From NCBI GenBank assembly GCA_965222155.1, contig CBDCTH010000012.1, positions 3,392,001 through 3,456,000 on the forward strand: 64,000 bases of DNA. The letters run 5' to 3'. Each line of letters starts with the position of its first letter. Position 1 is the stretch's first letter. The DNA comes from Gammaproteobacteria bacterium (GTDB taxonomy: Bacteria > Pseudomonadota > Gammaproteobacteria > Eutrophobiales > Eutrophobiaceae). Under the pieces are notes generated by a model that saw only the letters and a program-made list of their open reading frames with translations, was not told the DNA's origin and ran no database searches. Position numbers and translations under genes: made by a program. Of the stretch, positions 60,762 through 64,000 are shown piece after piece.

Positions 60762-62297
60762 ATGAATAGTAATGATGCGCGTGAGACCAGCCTGAGCGCG
60801 CGCACGCTGAGCGGGATTGGATGGTCTTATCTGTCTACTTTCATCAAGGCATTGTTGTCGTTGCTGGTCCTGGTGATCCTGGCCCGGTTGTTAACGCCGA
60901 TTGACTTTGGGTTACTTGGTATTGCCTGGATTTTTATTATGTTGGGGGCTAGGTTCGGTCAGGCAGTCGTCGGTCCCGCAATAGTTCAACGGAGCGAGTT
61001 GACCGATCGTCATATTCAGGTCGGTTTTACGCTCTCAATGCTTATCGGCATTGTCATAATGGGTATAATCTGGTTGCTTGCGCCGCTTATCGGTGAGTTC
61101 TTCAAGGAAGCAATGGCAGCGCAGGTCCTCCAGGTGTTATCAGTGGTATTTGTTATTAATGGAGTGGGGGCTATACCTACTCACCTGCTGCGCCGTAATC
61201 TCCAATTTAGGCAATTGATGGTGGCTGACATCCTGGCGTATTCGATTGGCTACGGATTTATAGCAGTAGTTCTGGCTTTTCAGGGATTTGGTGTATGGTC
61301 CCTGGTCTGGGGCGAGATCATGCACAAGGTGATCCATACAGCCGTGGTAATCCGTTATTCTCCAGAGCATCTCCGGCCCCGCTGGGCGATTCGTGAGGCA
61401 ACTGAGCTGCTCTCGCGTGGGGCCGGGTTTTCGTTAGCCGGGTTTTTTGAGTTCGTCGCCCGGCAAGGCGGTTACTTCGTCATCGGGCGGTGGCTGGGTG
61501 CTACCTCTCTCGGTTATTACACTCGGGCTGACCGACTAATTCTTCTGCCGAGAAACTACGTCAGTCAGAGTTTATTCCAGGTCCTGTTTCCAGCCATGGC
61601 ACAGAGACAGCAGGGAACAGATCGTCTGGCAATCATTTACCTGCACGGCACCGAGATATTGTCATTGGTGGCATTGCCGGTTGGCGCCATGCTGTTTGTA
61701 TGTGCCCCCGAGATTGTCTCGGTCATTCTGGGAGGACAGTGGGGTCCGGTTGTTATTCTGCTCCAGATTCTTGCATTTGCTGTTCTGTTCCAAATGTGTG
61801 ACATCCTGAATATTGCAGCAGCAGGCGCAATCGGTGCAGTCTATCGTCAGGCCTGGCGACAAGGGGTACACGCTTTTCTTATTGTCGGCAGCGCCTGGTT
61901 CGCAAGTCGTTGGGGTCTGGAAGGCGTAGTGATTGCTATTGTCGGCGCCCAGGTTGTCGCTTATCTACTGTTGACACAATTGACAGTGTCGCTTTTAAAA
62001 CTGCACTGGCGGCGTCTCCTGCGTTGCTGTCTGCCGGCGTTATGGGTCGGCGCCTGGGTTGTCATGACGCTGTGGCTGGCCGCCGGCCAGGTACGGGCTA
62101 TGCACCTGTCTGCCGGGCTATCGCTGTTAATCGAGGTACTCATCTGGTCCGCGACAATTATAGCGGCGGTATATTACGCTCCATCATTCGCTCGTCCCTT
62201 GTCCGTTCCCTGGGCAATGACGAATATACCCTTTGAGGTTTTGGGAACCACCGGACATTACTTTAAAAAGGGACTGAAATGGCTGTCACGAGATTAA
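60762..62297 (+). CDS. WzxC-like polysaccharide flippase (copy 2)
   Basis: Full-length paralog of 53745-55292. Confidence 0.9.
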   Translation: MNSNDARETSLSARTLSGIGWSYLSTFIKALLSLLVLVILARLLTPIDFGLLGIAWIFIMLGARFGQAVVGPAIVQRSELTDRHIQVGFTLSMLIGIVIMGIIWLLAPLIGEFFKEAMAAQVLQVLSVVFVINGVGAIPTHLLRRNLQFRQLMVADILAYSIGYGFIAVVLAFQGFGVWSLVWGEIMHKVIHTAVVIRYSPEHLRPRWAIREATELLSRGAGFSLAGFFEFVARQGGYFVIGRWLGATSLGYYTRADRLILLPRNYVSQSLFQVLFPAMAQRQQGTDRLAIIYLHGTEILSLVALPVGAMLFVCAPEIVSVILGGQWGPVVILLQILAFAVLFQMCDILNIAAAGAIGAVYRQAWRQGVHAFLIVGSAWFASRWGLEGVVIAIVGAQVVAYLLLTQLTVSLLKLHWRRLLRCCLPALWVGAWVVMTLWLAAGQVRAMHLSAGLSLLIEVLIWSATIIAAVYYAPSFARPLSVPWAMTNIPFEVLGTTGHYFKKGLKWLSRD

Positions 62298-62396
62298 CCC
62301 GATTATTGACATCAATGCCGGAACAGTCATACTTTGTATCTCATTACGTGGTGGTCGTGGAAAGTCTTGATACCTGAATCATCTGGTCAAAAAAGC

Positions 62397-63044
62397 ATGA
62401 ACGAAAGCATTGTCGTGCGTGACGGATATAAACGCGTCTTCGACCTGGCGCTTATTATTATCGCCTATATCCTGCTGTTTCCCCTGTGGCTGATCGTTTG
62501 GGTTGTGGTGCCCCTTGCCATCTGGCTGGAGGATCGCGGGCCGGTTTTCTATGCGCAAGAACGGATCGGCAGGCAGGGAAAGCATTTCAAAGTCCTCAAG
62601 TTTCGCACGATGATACCGGATGCCGAGAGTCAGACCGGGCAGGTTTGGGCGGCGGAAGACGACCCGCGCTTAACAAAAGTCGGAAAGTTGTTACGCAGGT
62701 TGCATTTTGACGAGATACCGCAGGTCATAAATATCGTGAGGGGTGAGATGAGTCTGGTGGGGCCGCGCCCCGAGCGCCCGGTCCTGGCACAACAGTTCAA
62801 CCACGAAGTGCCCGGATTCTCCCAGCGCCTGAGGGTCAGGCCGGGTATTGCGGGGCTGGCCCAGGTGCGCGGCAGCTACTGGACAGATCCGGGTTACAAA
62901 CTGAAATATGACAACCTGTACATCGAAACAATGAGTCCCTGGTTGGATTTAAAGCTGCTTTTTCTCGCCGTCTGGGTCGCCATCAAGCGTGTCTTTTGTG
63001 GTCCAGACGCTTCCGTTGCAGATAACGGCGCTGAAAAGGATTAA
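62397..63044 (+). CDS. Bacterial sugar transferase (copy 2)
   Basis: Paralog of 55378-56025; start set at ATG 62397. Confidence 0.95.
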   Translation: MNESIVVRDGYKRVFDLALIIIAYILLFPLWLIVWVVVPLAIWLEDRGPVFYAQERIGRQGKHFKVLKFRTMIPDAESQTGQVWAAEDDPRLTKVGKLLRRLHFDEIPQVINIVRGEMSLVGPRPERPVLAQQFNHEVPGFSQRLRVRPGIAGLAQVRGSYWTDPGYKLKYDNLYIETMSPWLDLKLLFLAVWVAIKRVFCGPDASVADNGAEKD

Positions 63045-63915
63045 ACCTGATGACGCGACGAAACAGATAGGCAACCATTTGGAAACCGGGCATAAGAAGG
63101 CACAGCAGGTCACCGTTTCAATTATTATCCTGACCTGGAATTCCGAGCAGCAGATCGGTGCCTGTTTAACCTCACTGGATCAGGGGTTGAATTCGTTTTC
63201 GTCCGAAGTCATTGTGATTGACAACGGTTCACAGGATCGGACCTGCAGCATCGTCAGGGAAACCCGGCCTGGGGCGCAGTTGGTATGCAATCCGAAAAAT
63301 CGTGGCGTTGCCCAGGCTCGCAATCAGGGAATACGACTTGCCCAGGGCGAATATGTACTTATCCTGGATGACGACACGATCGTGCAGCCCGGAGCATTGG
63401 ACCGTCTTATCCGTTACATGGAGGATCAGCCCGAGGCAGGACTATGCGGGCCCAAACTGACTGACGCTGCCGGCGAGTTGCAGTTATCGTGCCGGCTGTT
63501 TCCGACCCTGACTGATAAACTGGCCCGGCGCTTGCCTTCAACACTGGGTCAAAAAGTGGCCCGTAAAGCGGAAATGGCGGACTGGGACCACCAGACTATT
63601 CGGCCGGTAGATTATGTGATCGGCGCTTGCCAGGCGATTCGCCACAGTGCTTTACAGGAGGTGGGCCTGTTTGACGAACGTATTTTTTATGGCCCGGAGG
63701 ACGTCGATATGTGCCTGCGCCTGCAACTGGCGGGCTGGTCGGTGGTGTATAACCCTGAAGCTGTGGTTATGCACGAGGAACGCAGGATGACCCGCTCCCT
63801 GGGATCCGGCCTGGTGTGGGAACACGTTTGCGGGCTGGGCTATTTTTTCTGGAAGCATGGGTACCTATTGTCCCGTCAACGTCTATACTCGCAGCTTAAT
63901 CAATCCAGGTCTTGA
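62989..63915 (+). CDS. GT2 glycosyltransferase (copy 2, intact)
   Basis: IILTWN, DNGS.D, ARNQG, LDDD, GACQ, FYGPED.D; exact start uncertain. Confidence 0.92.
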   Translation: MSFVVQTLPLQITALKRIKPDDATKQIGNHLETGHKKAQQVTVSIIILTWNSEQQIGACLTSLDQGLNSFSSEVIVIDNGSQDRTCSIVRETRPGAQLVCNPKNRGVAQARNQGIRLAQGEYVLILDDDTIVQPGALDRLIRYMEDQPEAGLCGPKLTDAAGELQLSCRLFPTLTDKLARRLPSTLGQKVARKAEMADWDHQTIRPVDYVIGACQAIRHSALQEVGLFDERIFYGPEDVDMCLRLQLAGWSVVYNPEAVVMHEERRMTRSLGSGLVWEHVCGLGYFFWKHGYLLSRQRLYSQLNQSRS

Positions 63916-64000
63916 AACTGAAGGCTACGATTTGAATCTGCTTATTGTTATGTTGAACCAATACATATTGTTTTGTCCTGTCTGAAATACAACACCCGTA

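Overview
Bacterial chromosome segment, most consistent with a gammaproteobacterium (leuA-udg-rimI-cysM-exonuclease, galE, rlmD, trxB). It has four zones. (1) 1-12 kb: transport and secreted metabolic enzymes, plus a small AT-rich relic/accessory patch at 2.4-4.5 kb. (2) 12.5-37 kb: a large aromatic/N-heteroaromatic catabolic cluster with three Rieske oxygenases, a ferredoxin, an extradiol dioxygenase, a hydrolase, amidases, AzoR, and 2-aminophenol 1,6-dioxygenase AmnAB with its deaminase. An AT-rich four-gene island interrupts it (nucleotidyltransferase-like protein, HTH-ImmA peptidase, Beta-family protein, convergent sce7726-like nuclease); this island is the best candidate for an undescribed defence/toxin system. 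(3) 37-44 kb: a hotspot of toxin-antitoxin modules and ATPases punctuated by a structured 281-bp repeat. (4) 44-64 kb: housekeeping genes, including an apparent Leu-codon/anti-SD translational attenuator before leuA, then a duplicated, partly decaying polysaccharide/sulfotransferase locus with an IS5-family pseudo-element. Several families of small palindromic elements are scattered throughout. No rRNA, tRNA or CRISPR array was seen. All family calls come from motif recognition by eye; no searches were run.
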